Assembly: GCF_004010195.1 (NCBI RefSeq)
Contig: NC_057718.1
Coordinates: 36,806,600 to 36,870,599 of the forward strand
DNA: 64,000 nucleotides
Source: Chiloscyllium plagiosum
Taxonomy: Eukaryota
Direction: 5' to 3'
A model generated the notes under the pieces. It had not been told where the DNA came from, did not search any database, and saw only the letters and a list, made by a program, of their open reading frames with translations. Shown in pieces: positions 49,991-63,100 of this stretch (positions are counted from its first letter, which is position 1; each line of letters starts with the position of its first letter). A program made the position numbers and the translations under genes.

Positions 49991-51459
49991 ATTGTTCAGG
50001 CTCCTATAAGATTCTGTTCAAGTTTCTCTGATATGTCTCACCTTAATCCTAATGTGTTTTTCCAAATATTTTCAGTCCTTGCAATAAATTACATTTAATT
50101 TGTATTTCCATCTTCCCATCTTTTGCTTTACTGTCTGCAAGACTCATAAAGATTCTTTGATGGATTTAATTCTCAACAGTTTTTCCTATTTAAATGCCAC
50201 AGATCCCCTGCACAGTCACTGCACGGGGTGTGATGCTTGAAAACAATCTCCACCAACAAGAATGTGAAAATTAGTTTGGCAAACTGCATGCGGGATAAAT
50301 CTTGAAAAATAGTCATGGCCACTCACAGCCAAATCAGAGCCAATTTCTTGAACAAAATCCATAATGCGCTTTTTAACTTTGTGTTAATGTTCCATGTGTT
50401 AACACAAGAACTTGACTTTCCTTTTTATATACACTTGCAAAAACTTGTTAGCCAATATTGACCTAAGTGCAAAATGAACATAACAGAATTAATAGCCTGT
50501 TTCTTGGTATTCATTTCTTTATTGAATTTATTGAAAGTGTATTGAGCAGGATATAAAATATGCTATCCAGTTATGATCATCCAAATTGTATAAATGCCCA
50601 ATATAATCTCTACTGAGTCTGCAAGGTTATATTTATTCCCAAACTCTGCTCAGGAACTCATAATTTAGAAAATGCATTATTTCATCATCCCTTTTCCCAG
50701 TTTAAAGATTGTCAGTTCAGCAGCCTCTTGCAATTGTTGGGGCTGCAAGCAGTGTCTGGCCCCTCAATGACTTTGCAAAGGTCCATTAACATTCTCTTTA
50801 CCTCTATACTGTAAGATCCAAATAAAAATCAATTAAAGTCACCTCTTTTATAATTTCATATTAACCCTTGATTAATCCTTTGTCTCGAATTGTTCACAAA
50901 TTTCTTCTGATATGTTCGATCACCAAGGAAGTGATCGCTGTGGACCTATGATTGAGGATTAGCAGGAGAAATTATCCACTAGAAACCACTTTCGCATTAT
51001 AGACCCCACTGATTGCCCACCCAGCTTTGACTGCTCATGGTGACAGTGGGCACTTTTAGACAACTTCCAATTGGCAAAGGCCACTGTGCAGCTCGCCACA
51101 GCAATGGAGTCAGCAAGACAATCCAGGCTAAACAAGAAGGCAGACTTAAGGAACACAATCTTGCTTTTGCTAAAGCTATAGCTTAGCTCTTTTAAAATGC
51201 AGTGCTGAATAAATAATTATATAATCCCATATTAGGTGCTGCACAAGATTATCCACAACCTAGGTAAAATTTATTTATTGAAATCTAAGAATGTGGTTTC
51301 TCGTGTTCGCAGCTAAAACCAGTGTAATAGGAGTAGTAATCTGATAGGAAATATAATGCCTGGACTTTTATTCTACGTTTGATCTGAGATTAGTTAGCTC
51401 AAGTTTAGTTATTAAAGACATCAAAGGATCTCAATTTATAACCGTCAAGGCATATATCC

Positions 51460-52335
51460 AGGTAGTATTGAGGAGGCGGGGAGGCTCCAGAAGGATTTGG
51501 ACAGGTTAGGAGAGTGGGCAAAGAAGTGGCAGATGGAGTACAACGTGGGAAAGTGTGAGGTCGTACACTTTGGTAGGAAGACTAGAAGCATGGACTATTT
51601 TCTAAATGCGGAGAAAAGTCACAAGTCTGAAGTGCAAAGAGACTTAGGAGTTTTAGTCCAGAATTCTCTCAAGGTAACCTTGCAGGTTGAATCAGTAGTT
51701 AGGAAGGCAAATGCAATATTGGCATTTATTTTGAGAGAATTTCAATATAAAATCAGGGATGTACTTCTGAGGCTCTATAAGGCTCTGGTCAGACCACACT
51801 TTGAGTATTGTGCACAGTTTTGGGCCCCATATCTTAGGAAGGATGATCTGGCCCTGCAGTGGGTTCAGAGGAGGTTCATGAGAATGGTTCCAGGAATGAA
51901 AAGCTTAACATATGAGACATGTTTGAGGACTCTGGGTCTATATGTGATGGAGTATTAGAAGGATGAGGGGGAGATCTCATAGAAACTTACAGAATACTGA
52001 ATAGCTTGGACAGAGTGGATGTTGGGAAGACGTTTCCATTGGTAGGGGAGACTGGGTCCCAAGGGCACAGCCTTAGAGTAAAGGGAAGACGTTTTGCAAC
52101 AGACAGAAGGAGAAACTTCTTCAGCCAGAAAGTGGTGAATCTATGGAATTCATTGCCAGAGAAGGCTGTGGAGGTCAGGTCATTGAGTATATTTAAGACT
52201 GAGGTAGATAGGTTCTTGATCATGAAGGGGATCAAGGGCTACGGGGGAAAATGGCAGAATGGGGTTGAGAAACGTATCAGCCATGATTGAATGGCAGAGC
52301 AGACTTGATGGGCTGAATGGCCTAATTTCTGCTCC
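51460..52335 (+). mobile_element. CR1 LINE 3' part
   Basis: ORF 51497..51958 LGEWAKKWQMEYNVGKCEVVHFG...LYKALVRPHFEYCAQFWAP; CR1 tail. Confidence 0.95.
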
Positions 52336-53122
52336 TATATCTTAGGGTTTTATGGGCATTGCTTAACTTTCAATCAGCTTACCTGTTTACTTTTGGGCTG
52401 ACTTTGCTGCACTCTTGGTAACAACCAGCTGGTCACACCTGAAAGTGCTATAGGAAGTTTCTGTTCAGGGGAGTGTGTGTAATACTTTATAGCTAATCAT
52501 CTGATGGCATTATCCAAGGTGATGACAACTCTGCCACATGTGAGGCAGGTGGTGCTTGAAGGGTTGGGTAAATGGGTTGTTGAAAGTTTGTCATTCCATC
52601 TGACACCTTGGCTTTGCCTCTGCAGGCTCTCTTTGTGATCTGATTAAATGTTGCGTTGTCAGGCCCACATGTGCACATGTCCAATCTTTTCAAAGACAGC
52701 TGAAAGATTTTAGTAAGATGAGGTCAGAAGGAAATTGTTAAACTGCTTAATGTGACAGACAGAAGAGATTTCAGAGAAGTGAAGATGTTGATTCAGTTAA
52801 CTATTGAACCATCCTCTCGAACAAGAAAAATATTTGATATTATACAATCCATATTAATGGTTTCACTTAACATTTCCTGGGAAATCTTTAATCCTGACTC
52901 AATCTGAGTTTATGGCCCCTGACTGAATCAGTGGATTTCTGATATTTGTGTTATAACCTATTTGGCTTTTTCCACATTCAGTGAGCCAGTGACCGGTTTA
53001 TGAATACCACTCCCCCTATCATGGATTGTAGACACAAGGGATCATTCAATAGTCTCAAAATAAGCTGATATGTTTGGTTTTAATGAAATTAGGATGAAAC
53101 AAATGATTGCCATTATCTGCAG

Positions 53123-53335
53123 GAGAAAGGATTGCAGACACTGGAGATCAGAGTCAGTCAAAAAGTGTGGTGCTAGAAAGCACAGCTGGTCAGACAGCAT
53201 CCGAGGAAAAGGATAGTTGGTGTTTCCTGGTGTGAGGAATGTGAACTCCTGATGAAAAGCTTATGCTCGAAATGTCGACTCTCCTGCTCCTTGGATGCTG
53301 CCTGGCCGGCTGTGCTTTTCCAGCACCAGACTGAC
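53123..53335 (-). mobile_element. Fold-back PLE pLTR mini-element with probable 15-bp TSD
   Basis: Inverted arms; TGCCATTATCTGCAG (53108-53122) / TGTCAATATCTGCAG (53336-53350); degenerate hammerhead ctgatgaaaagcttatgctcgaaatgtc. Confidence 0.85.
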
Positions 53336-54784
53336 TGTCAATATCTGCAGTCAATATTGATGAGATGTGACTAGTTTATCTCACTCTAATACACACCTTT
53401 ACCTGCAGCTATTGACTTAATTTAAATTTGCAAAAAGTCATTTTGTAATAAAGCACACTATGCTGTAAATCATTTCTAAATCCTTTCCAGAAGCAAGAAA
53501 AAAGGATTTAAAAAAAAACATAGCTGTTCAGGGGTCTGTAAGAAAAGAGTGATCTTTGAGCTGAAATGGATAGGTCTGAGGTTCAATATCAGAACTTGCA
53601 TCTCATTGAACTGAGCCCAGAAAGCTGTGAGCACATTCCGTGCAACACACACAACTTGCCAATGAATTAACATTGGAATTCAGGTTACTGCACTGCCAGC
53701 AGCAGCCTCAAGGAAATCTTGAGAGTCAGGAAGGTGATCGCAGAGGATGAAGGAGCAGTGATTGGAGGAGGGACCAAAATCTGACAATGGTCTTTGGCAG
53801 GGCAGTGGAGCCAGAGGAACATTACTGTTCCTCATAGCTGCAGACTTTAAAAACAAACTTTTTTTTATTATTGTTGGCCTCTAGTGGTCCTTTTGAGAAA
53901 TGATTTCACAGCCGCATGCAGTTTCCTGAAGAAGCTGGCCAGGGAAGCACATGTCAGGACTATAAAATCTCACAACAAAAAGATGGGTCATTCAGCCCAT
54001 CATGCTCATGCTGATACTTTAGCTACCCAGTTCCAATCCCTGTATGCTGTTTCCCATTTCCCTGCAAATGTTTCTTTGTCACATGCATGTCCCCTTATTT
54101 TTCTGAACATTACATTGAATCTGCATTCTGTCACCATTTAGGACAGTACATTCCAAGCCATAAAAATTACTGCCTAAGAGAGTTGCTTCTGATCTGCTAA
54201 TACCACGACTCCTCTTTTTCTGCCTTTCCCAATATGGTGACCTGTTCACTTCTAGTCATGCACAAACCATCCACCATATTGAGTACTTAGCAACCACTTT
54301 AGCCTTTTCAAAAACCAACCAATTTCTATGCTTCCGTATTTTACTGTCTGAGACAATTGCTGGGACTCGGTAAAAGAATACATTCTTCCCATACACCTGC
54401 GTGGGCTTTCTACCAATCTTCTGCTGGCCAATTAAAGAGATTTCTGAGGAAATTCTCAGCAGATTTCAATTGCAAATCTTGCACGTGGAATTTTATTTTG
54501 CCAATTGAATAATGTATTTTAGCATTTTCGAAACCGCTTCTTTCAGGTTTTAAAAAGTACAAAAACCATTCTCTTATCATTATTATTTTTCACTGAGACG
54601 CAGGATAGGTGGTGTTCACATGAACCTATAAGCTTGTGGACGTCATATCTTAGATGTCTCACTGAAGGTAGTGTGAAGATTTGCTTCATAGAATGTGACT
54701 CTGAGCTGTTACCTCTAAGTATTAGTTTCTTTCTTTTATACAGTAGATACCTGCACCTCATCTGTCCTTCCTGACCTCATTTGT

Positions 54785-55138
54785 TTTCTTTATTCATTCA
54801 AAGGATGAGGGCGTCGCTGGTTAGGCAGCATTTATTGCCCATCCTAATTGCCCAGAGGTCAGCTAAGAGTCAACCATCTTGCTGTGGGTTTGGAGTCACA
54901 TGTAGGCCAGGTAAAGATGGCAGTTTCCTTCCCTAATGGACATTACTGAACCAGATGGGTTTTCCTGACAATCAACAACAAATTCATGGTCATCGTTAGA
55001 CTCTTAATTCCAGATTTTTTTTATTGAATTCAAATTCCACCATCTGTCTTGCTGGGCTCCAAGCCTGGGTCCCTGGAGCACTATCTGGGTCTCTGGATTA
55101 ACATTCTAGTAATAATACCACTGAGCCATTGCCTCCCC
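54785..55138 (-). mobile_element. tRNA-derived SINE whose tail matches the CR1/L2-group LINE tail
   Basis: Reverse complement begins gggaggcaatggctcagtggt and ends gggcaataaatgctg...gaatgaataaaag (compare 16010-16068). Partial copy at ~14790-14928. Confidence 0.8.
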
Positions 55139-56386
55139 TTACTCATGCATCACTTGTTATTTTTGTTTTCATAAAAATATTTGTAATTCACAGCAATAAA
55201 ACTTATCCTATGAATTCTTTTTGTAGGAGAAGTTTGTAAAGATGATCATTTTGACTTTGATTTGGGGAAATAAAAATGAATGTTTAATTTTGAACAAGTC
55301 TTGAAACCATTGTTGACTGTGAGTTCTGAATGTTGTTTTATTGAAATTGTGGAGTTACTGATATTTCCATTCATTGTGATTTCTGCTTCCATGTGCAAAG
55401 GACCGAAAAAAGTGTGGAATCCATTTAGAAATATGAATATGAACATCCATCCAGCTTCTGCACTCTCAAACCACAAATCCCACCTTGGCTGGAATGATAT
55501 GTTTCTTAAATGATGTCAGAATTTTCAGCTACACCACTGAAAGCCAGTGCACTGACTCTCAACTGCCTCAGGTAATAAGCTGGAGCTCCTGGGTTTATAT
55601 TGATGGAGAGGTAGAGGGTAGGATTCAGGCATGCCACCATCCTGCTGAATTAAGTGCCCCTAGAATTTTTAAGTCAGCCACAAGGGAAACCCCATAAAAC
55701 TTCAGCAGGAGTGTTCGGAAAATATAATGAAGGATAGAAAAGACAGGCGGATGATCAAGGTGGATGTAATCACTCTAAAGTGAGAGGATGTCCTTGAGGG
55801 GTCGAATCAGAATTTATTTGGTTTGGGTAAGAAACAATAGACATACTAGTACACTGCTGGGCGTATTCTGTAGCCAGTCAATTAACAGGAAAAAAGAGCA
55901 AATTTTCAGGGAAATTACAGAGAGGAGAAAATTCTGTCAACTGTATCTTAAGCGTTTCTGGCTGAGTGCAAGTTTCGTTGAGTTTTTTAGGGTTTTTGTT
56001 TTGCAGTGAAGCTCAATGAGTTTTCTCACTGTTTCTTACCAAACTCGCCTCATTAACAATCTGTCCAATGGCAGCCTCCAAACCTGATTTCTCATTTCAG
56101 GAGGTAAACAGCCTACAGTCAAGTAGGAAGAGTCAAGATGGGTGGTGGGAGCTCAAGTTCAGTTTCTAACCCCTTATGTGGACAGCATCCTGACTGGGAC
56201 CACCTGAGCAGCTGACGGACTGTATCCAAGCCCCTGGACTGATATCAGAGGCTGCCCTGGACTTATTGTGCCAGCACTTGCTAAGCAAAGACTATCTCCC
56301 TTGACTTGACTGAGGCCTACTGACAACCATGACAACTTTCTTGGTTTAATCTATGCAGTAAATGGCAAAGCAGGAAGAAGTAATGT

Positions 56387-56592
56387 GAACCAAAACCAGA
56401 GATCGCTGGAAAAGCTCAGCAGGTCTGGCAGCATCTGTGGAGAGAAATTAGAGTTCACTTTTCAGGTCCAATGACCCTTCCTCAGAAACGGTTCTGAAGA
56501 ACAATCACTGGACCCGAAACATTAACTCTGATATCTCTCCAAAGATGCTGCTAGACCTGCTGATCTTTAACAGCAATTTATGTTTTTGTTTC
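56387..56592. mobile_element. Fold-back mini-element of a different PLE-like pLTR family; hammerhead-like motif on both arms
   Basis: Arms of ~100 bp with apex near 56488. Plus strand: ggtt-CTGAAGA...GACCC-GAAAC-att-aact. Minus strand: CTGAGGA-A-GGGTC-attg-GACCT-GAAA. Possible TSD GAAGTAATG/GAAGTAGTG. Confidence 0.82.
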
Positions 56593-56954
56593 TGAAGTAG
56601 TGAGCCTGATATCTTTGGCTAAAGGGACAAAGTGCAAAATGGCAAGACAAGGCAATATATGGTAGGAATTCTGTAAAAGTCCAGGTAAGTAAGTGTGAAT
56701 GTGCACTATGACAGAAAGTGAAGAGTCCGCAGATGCAGCCTGCTCCAAGCTATGAGCTGGGTGTGTGTCCCTGAGCACAAAGTGTCCTTGCAATAACATT
56801 CCAATGATGGTTGTCAGTACAGCCTGAGGTGCAGTGTTAAAGTGCAGAAGCACACTGTAGTGAATTGGAGACGTGCATTAAAGACTGCTGAAGGCTGTTT
56901 TGGAAGACTGGCACATGTCGGATGTTAACGTCCATGGACATGATTAAGTCTACG

Positions 56955-57062
56955 TTTTTTTTACAACCTTTGATCTGTACGTCCCTGCTTACCCTGATCT
57001 GCTTGTACTGCTCGTAAACAAAACTTTTCACTTCAGTACACGTGACAATAAATCAATCAAAC
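56955..57062 (+). mobile_element. Rex1-type 3' tail only
   Basis: Matches 4685-4787; ends aataaatcaatcaa. Confidence 0.8.
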
Positions 57063-57269
57063 ATGGGGGTCGGAGTGACCGATGCCCATGCAGCATACCC
57101 TGAGGTGTTGGTGTTCAGTGTTCAATGTGGAGGTCCTTTGTCGCAAATGACAAGCTGAACTTGTCAGGCACCTGTTTTGACTTCCACGTCAAGAAGCCTC
57201 AACATTCTGCTTTTTCCATAAGCGTTTGGTCAGATTGGGAAGTGATTAATATTGAGGTGAGTCATGGCA

Positions 57270-57482
57270 GAAAAGATAAAGTGGCCATTGTCTTACCAGA
57301 CCATAGGGCTGCTCGCACATTAGCGAAAGATGACTGATGCTGATTTAACCTGGCAATCATCATGCCTCAGACAAGGGGACAGGTTGAGAAGAAGAATCCT
57401 TCATGGTAATCTCAGCCAGTGCAAGAATTGAAAAATCACACTATAGGCATCATTTTGTATTGCAAATCAGTCTTTCAGCCAA
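57270..57482 (-). mobile_element. tRNA-derived SINE (family of 38945-39330)
   Basis: gatttaacctg...aggggacaggttgagaag...aattgaa...ttgcaaatcag. Confidence 0.7.
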
Positions 57483-59057
57483 AATTATGGCATTAATAAG
57501 GTATGTAACAAGCTATAATTCCTTTATTTGGCAGCTCATTGCTGCTTAAATAACAGCAAATGGTCATTTAGGGATCAGTAATCAGTATCTTGCTGCTTAG
57601 GTTAGCAATAGAAAAAGGGCAGGAAACCATCGGGAGTAACAAGTATTTATTTGGAGGAGTGATGATTACCCACTGGTGAGAGTAGATCTGTGCTGGTTAA
57701 GTTTGAATCAAAGACTGACAGGCAGAACAGACATGGAACAATGGCCTGACATTAAAGAGGAGATGGTTTGATTACAGTTGAGATACAGTTCCATGAAAAT
57801 CAGATCTCTCTAGATGAAGGGCCGAAGACAGAGAACATGGCTGAGGTTTGAAATGAATCCTTGACATACGTCTTTACTGAAGAACAAGATGCAGCCCAAA
57901 TCCTGCTGAAAGAGCAGATAGTTGAGATACTAAATGCGTTAAAATTGGTGGAGAAGAGCTATTAGAAATACAAGCTGGACTTGAGGTTGATAAAGGTCCA
58001 GCACCACATGGGATATATCCGAGGCTGCTGAGGGATATAATGCAGAGTGTAAACTATAATCTCCAATTCTCTTTAGGTGTAAAGCAATTCCAGGGGCCTG
58101 GCAAACTGCAAATATTACGTTCTTGTTCCAAAAGGTATGCAATGTCAATGTTAAGAACTCCAGGACTCTAAGCTTAACCTCAGTGGTAGAAAAACCTTTG
58201 AAAATGATAATTGGGAACAAAGTTAGCAGTAATTTGGAGAAGTATAGATTAATTCAGGAAAGCTAAGATGGACAAGTTAAAATCAAACCTTTTTCACCAA
58301 ATTGATTGAGTGTTTTTGAAGAGGTGTCAGAGATGATTGATGAAGGAAGCAAGGTTGATGTAGTCTATGTGGTCTTCCAGAAGGAGATAGCACATAAATA
58401 ACTTGTTATGAAGTTGAAGCACATGGAAAAAAAGGCAGTCCAGTACAGATACACATTTGGCTGAGTGACAGGAAACTGTAGCTACAAATTGCAGTTTTTC
58501 AGATCGGAGGCATGTACATACTGATCTTCTCTAGGCATCAAAACCACAACAAATAATTTTCTTATTGACAACCTAGACCCAAGTGCGAGGGACAGAATTT
58601 GAAAATTTGCAGATGTCAAGTAACTTGGAAGCATTATAAACTGTAAGGATGATACAGACAGGTTGGTGGAATGGTCAGACACATGACAGGGGAAATTCAA
58701 TGTAGAAAAGTGTAAAATAATACTTTCTGGAAAAGGAAAAAAAATTAAAGGATACATTTCTAAAGTGGATGCAGGAACATCGAGAGATCTGTTAGTATAT
58801 ATACACAAACTGTTGGCGGTAACAGGGCAAAGTGTATAAAAAGGCCTGCTTGATGCTATGTTTTACAAATAGAGACACACTGTACAACGGCAAAGAGTTA
58901 TGTTGAACTTTTGTAACATATTGATTTGGCCTTGTGCCCACTTCTCAAGGAAGTTACAAAGTCTTAAGTGAAGTTACAGAATGGATTTGCAACAAAGATT
59001 CCAGGGATAAGGATCTTCAATTGAAAGGATAGCTTCGAGAAGCTGGGATTGTTCTCA

Positions 59058-60124
59058 TCAAGTTGTACAGCACGGGAACAGATCCTTTGTTCCAACCAGT
59101 CCATACCAAACGTAATCACAAATGAAACTAGCCTCACCTGCCTGCTCCTGGACTAGATCCCTCCAAACCTTTCCTATTCATGTACTTTTCCAAATATCTT
59201 TTATACATTGTAACTATACCCACATCCACCACTTCCTGAGGAAGTTCATTCCACTCACGAACCACCCTCTGTTTAAAATATTTTCCCCTAATATCTTTTT
59301 TTGAATCTCTCTCCTCTCACCTTAAAAATGTGGCCCCTAGTCTTGAAATCCCCCAACCTAGGGAAAAGACAAATGCCATTAACTTTATCTATATCCCTCA
59401 TTATTTTATAAACTTCTATAAGGTTGCCTTCCAGTGAAAAAAGTCCCAATCTATCCAGCCTTTCTTTATACAGATAGTTCTTTATACGATAGTAAGGTCG
59501 TAATTGTGATGCTGTGAAATCTCGCTTAATAGAAAATTGCCCAATATGAGCTTATGGGAAAGTGGGGGGTTAGGGACAGACCAGCAAGAAAATCACTCAT
59601 GATCCCTCAAAAATCACCCAAAGGTTTAACACAAGGTATAGCGCAGCCTGAATGAAGTTTGGAATCATACTAATTATCGAAAAACAAAGTAAATTTAACA
59701 GCGTACATTTTAAAAATGTGAAAAAGCTGCTCTCTGTACAGTACCTCTCAGAAAAAGCTGTTCTGTCGGCAGCTGACATCGGCGCTATTGCCAACGGAGG
59801 TAAGTGTTCTTGAAAAACAGTTCCACAATTCTTTAGGGAAGTTATAGCCAATTGCGCTGCCAAAACGCACGTTATCCCAGAACTACCCGTAACTCAAGCC
59901 TTCCATACTCGGCAAAATCTGGGAAATCTCTTCTGAACCCTCTCCAGATTAATAATATCTTTCTTCTAACTGAACGACCAGAACTGGACACTGTATTCCA
60001 AAAAATGTCTCACAAATGTCCTATACAACCTCAACATGGCTTCCCAACTCCTATACTCAAAGGACTGAGCAATGAAGGTGAGCATGCACCTTTTTAACCA
60101 TCCTGTCTATATGTGATGCAAAGA
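59058..60124 (-). mobile_element. CR1 3' end nested in the older CR1
   Basis: CR1 tail in reverse complement at 59060; EYSVQFWS on the minus strand near 59975-59998. Confidence 0.85.
59471..59889. mobile_element. Non-autonomous Tc1/mariner-superfamily (pogo/Tigger-like) MITE
   Basis: Imperfect TIRs CAGATAGTTCT / AGAACTACCCG; TA duplicated at 59469-59470 and 59890-59891; removing it restores CR1 ctttataactcaagcc. Confidence 0.85.
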
Positions 60125-63100
60125 CCTTAGAAAAGCTATAAAGGAGATTTCTTTAAAGTTATTCAAAATCATGAGGTGCCTATTCAGGGTAGATATACAG
60201 AAATTATTCTCATTGGTGGATGGATGAAGAGCCAAAGGTTGAAAGCTGAAAGACAATAGAAGAAAGATGACATGTGGAGCAAACGTTTTATGCTTTTAGT
60301 GGTTAAGTTCTGGGTTATGTTGCTTGAGAGGGTGGTGAAGGCAGATACAATTGTGGCTTTCAAAAAAGACTTGGATAAGCACCTGAAGAGAAAAAGTTTG
60401 TGAGAGTTAAGAGGAAAAGTTGGGGTTATAGGGCAAGCAAAACTGCTCTTGCCGAGAGCCAGCAGGTGACCTCCTTCTGTACTGTAACCATTCTGTGGGT
60501 AGAATGTAATCAAGATGACAGGGATTTCATCCCCCTGGAGAGCCAGCAAGAAACCTGCATTGCCTTCTTGTGGAAGGCCTGCCTCATTATGTACTTGTCA
60601 AAGATTAAACTGGTTACTGGTGGGTCTTGCCCAAGATTGAGGACACTGGGGCAGAAATCCCCTCCTCCTGAACTGATGGTCACTCAGAGACTGGAGTTTC
60701 TTGTTTCCATCAGCATCAATGGGTCAGCGATGGCAGTTGCTGGCAATGTACGCACTAGAGGCCTACAATCAGCAAAGAATGCAAGCCACAGTGAATGAGG
60801 ATGGGATGGAGATTGGCTGGGTAGGGAGGGCTTCACTGGCTTGAGGATAGAAGATTGGAAGAAAGAGTAATGGTATGGCTCTCAGTACCTACCTTTCTGA
60901 ATGCTGGGTCTCTCTGTTTGACACAAGCCTACCAATGAGGGCCCAACATGCCAGGTTATATTTTGGGGGTCCTTATGTGATGATCACTTTGCCCACTATG
61001 GTTGAATACCAGAAATGTTGGTTTGAGTTAATTGTCCACTTCAGGGCCTCAATTAATGGTCTGGGTGGGAAAGTTGTCCACTGCAGATTTGATTAGGGTA
61101 CAGCCAAGAAAAGATGCCGTTGATACCCTGATACTAACCCGATACTCTGCCACTCGATTAAATAATCCCCCATCTCCAAACCCACTTTGCGAAAGGCCTT
61201 TAAGTTTCACCTTGTCATTCTATGCAACTTCTGAGCTGCTTCCTTCATTTCTACCTTCCCTTCTAAATTCGGAATCACTTGCAAATGTAATTGACTTGCA
61301 TCGCATTTGTGAAGTTGTGTCATCAGCATAAATTAGGAACAGTGGTTCTCTCAACAAAGAATCCTCTCCTACCTTTTCAGCACTTCCTCCATCTTTATAT
61401 TATTCCTCTAATTGGTACTTGGAACAAGCGTTGGGGAGAATTGATCCATCTATGTCTAAATGACAGATCAGTCCAATGATTTGGCACACTCAAACTCAAA
61501 TGTCTTTCTGTGACCTAGCTAAAACTGTGGGAAATTATGGATGGGAATATGACTAAAATTTCTCAGAGGCTGGCCAACAATTATGTTGCTGTAAACATTA
61601 ACTAAACTAAATCAAATGTATTTAGGTGGTCCTGGGATCAGTCACTTGGCAAAATAAATAGGTTTATCTGACAGAAAATTAACTGTTGAGGCTTAAATAA
61701 AATTAGACCATACACTGAACATCAAGGATCACATTTCCAATCTGATGGGCCAGGTAACAGCAATGTTTACATTGTTGTGAATAAAGCAAATCCTTCTTCA
61801 TTCAGAGAGCAACAACTGTAATGCAAAACACCCATTTATGTCACTCATGATTACGGCAGTTTTGTCTAGCATCATAATCAGTTGCTGCAATATCAAATCT
61901 AACCAAATAGATTACATTTGTTTACCATTCTTCAACCTCAGAGCAAGTGATATTTTCCAAATGCAAAGGTTTACAGCCAGGCGAGGAGAAGCTGCCATCT
62001 TTTTAGCCATCTCTCAGTTGGTTGCTCCAAATAGATGTTTTAGCACAGAGATGCATTATGCTGTAATAAAGAATGTTATGGATTAGATCAAAAATGAAGG
62101 CATCAGTTAAAAGATTTTCGTGAATTAAAGAGGATTTTAAATACCTACTGAACCCCAAAATAAATCATAAAATGCACAATCAAAAATACCCACAAATATA
62201 GATGATATGTTTAAAAGGGGACAGAATCTAATACCTCCAGGTAAAATAATATCTATCTAGTTTAAAAGTCCTTAAGGTGTTAAATTTTTAACCTTGATCA
62301 TAATTACTTAGTTGATGGCTCATATCTCCAGTAGTGGTAATAATGTTTATAGATATCTTTAAGTTCTTGCAGCTAGGTGGTGCAACCTGTTTCTGTATTT
62401 GTGAAAGTCTCCCACTGATCTTCTGTCATTTTAACCATTAACAGATTTGTCCAGTATGCAATAAAGTCCAAATTCAATCTTTAGATGCTGTAAAATAATG
62501 TGGAGAACTTGACAAACAAAAGTGGTTCTTATATGTCTCCAATTCTATGTTTAAAGTGCTGCATTTGCAAAATTCATAAAAATTGCAGCTTAGAAAGTGT
62601 GTTCCCTGGGAAAGCAGTAAGAAAGTTTAGTTCTCAGAGGGTTTAGCACTTTGAGATCCTGCTCTCTTACCAGACTGCACAACATACTGTAAAATTGATT
62701 CAACATTTAATGACGTACTTTGTTCATATTATGTTATGAAATAGTATGAAATAATGTATTACCACACTAATTATATCTTATCTTCACACTATGTCTCTTG
62801 GTTTTTGTTATAAATCAACATTCTTTGGCATACAGTTAAGTACTTTTTTGTACTTATTGAGTACTTTTTTCTCAATAATCAGCCGGCATTCTTTGGTTTG
62901 AATTTTTCATTGTTCTTCCAGCAAAGATTAATTCCCTAATGTCTGTCATGGAGAAGACAGGAAATGAGTGGATAGTCTGTGAAGGATTTTCTTTGTTGTT
63001 TCTTTACCATATCAGGATTCTTTTCCATGGGAATTCACTGAACTTGACTTTGAATGTGAATAGAGCTTTTTTATTCCCCCTCCCATTTCTTCTGGCATTC

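Larger units (their letters stand above)
55940..57545 (+). mobile_element. Second copy of the Harbinger-like family, lacking the Myb exon, with three nested insertions
   Basis: Colinear similarity to 48260-49870 (cttaccaaact..ctcatta; tcaagatgggtggtg; tatctcccttracttractgagg; agatgcagcctg; tgtgtccctgag). Confidence 0.7.
57700..60500 (+). mobile_element. Old CR1 RT and 3' end, interrupted at ~59058-60124
   Basis: WQTANITFLFQK, LTSVVEK, FEEVSEMIDEG.KVDVVY and KFADV motifs; sequence resumes after 60124 up to the tail. Confidence 0.8.

Noticed and set aside
50917..50937. Small hairpin CGATCAC-N7-GTGATCG
   Set aside because: A 7-bp stem is expected by chance in 64 kb.
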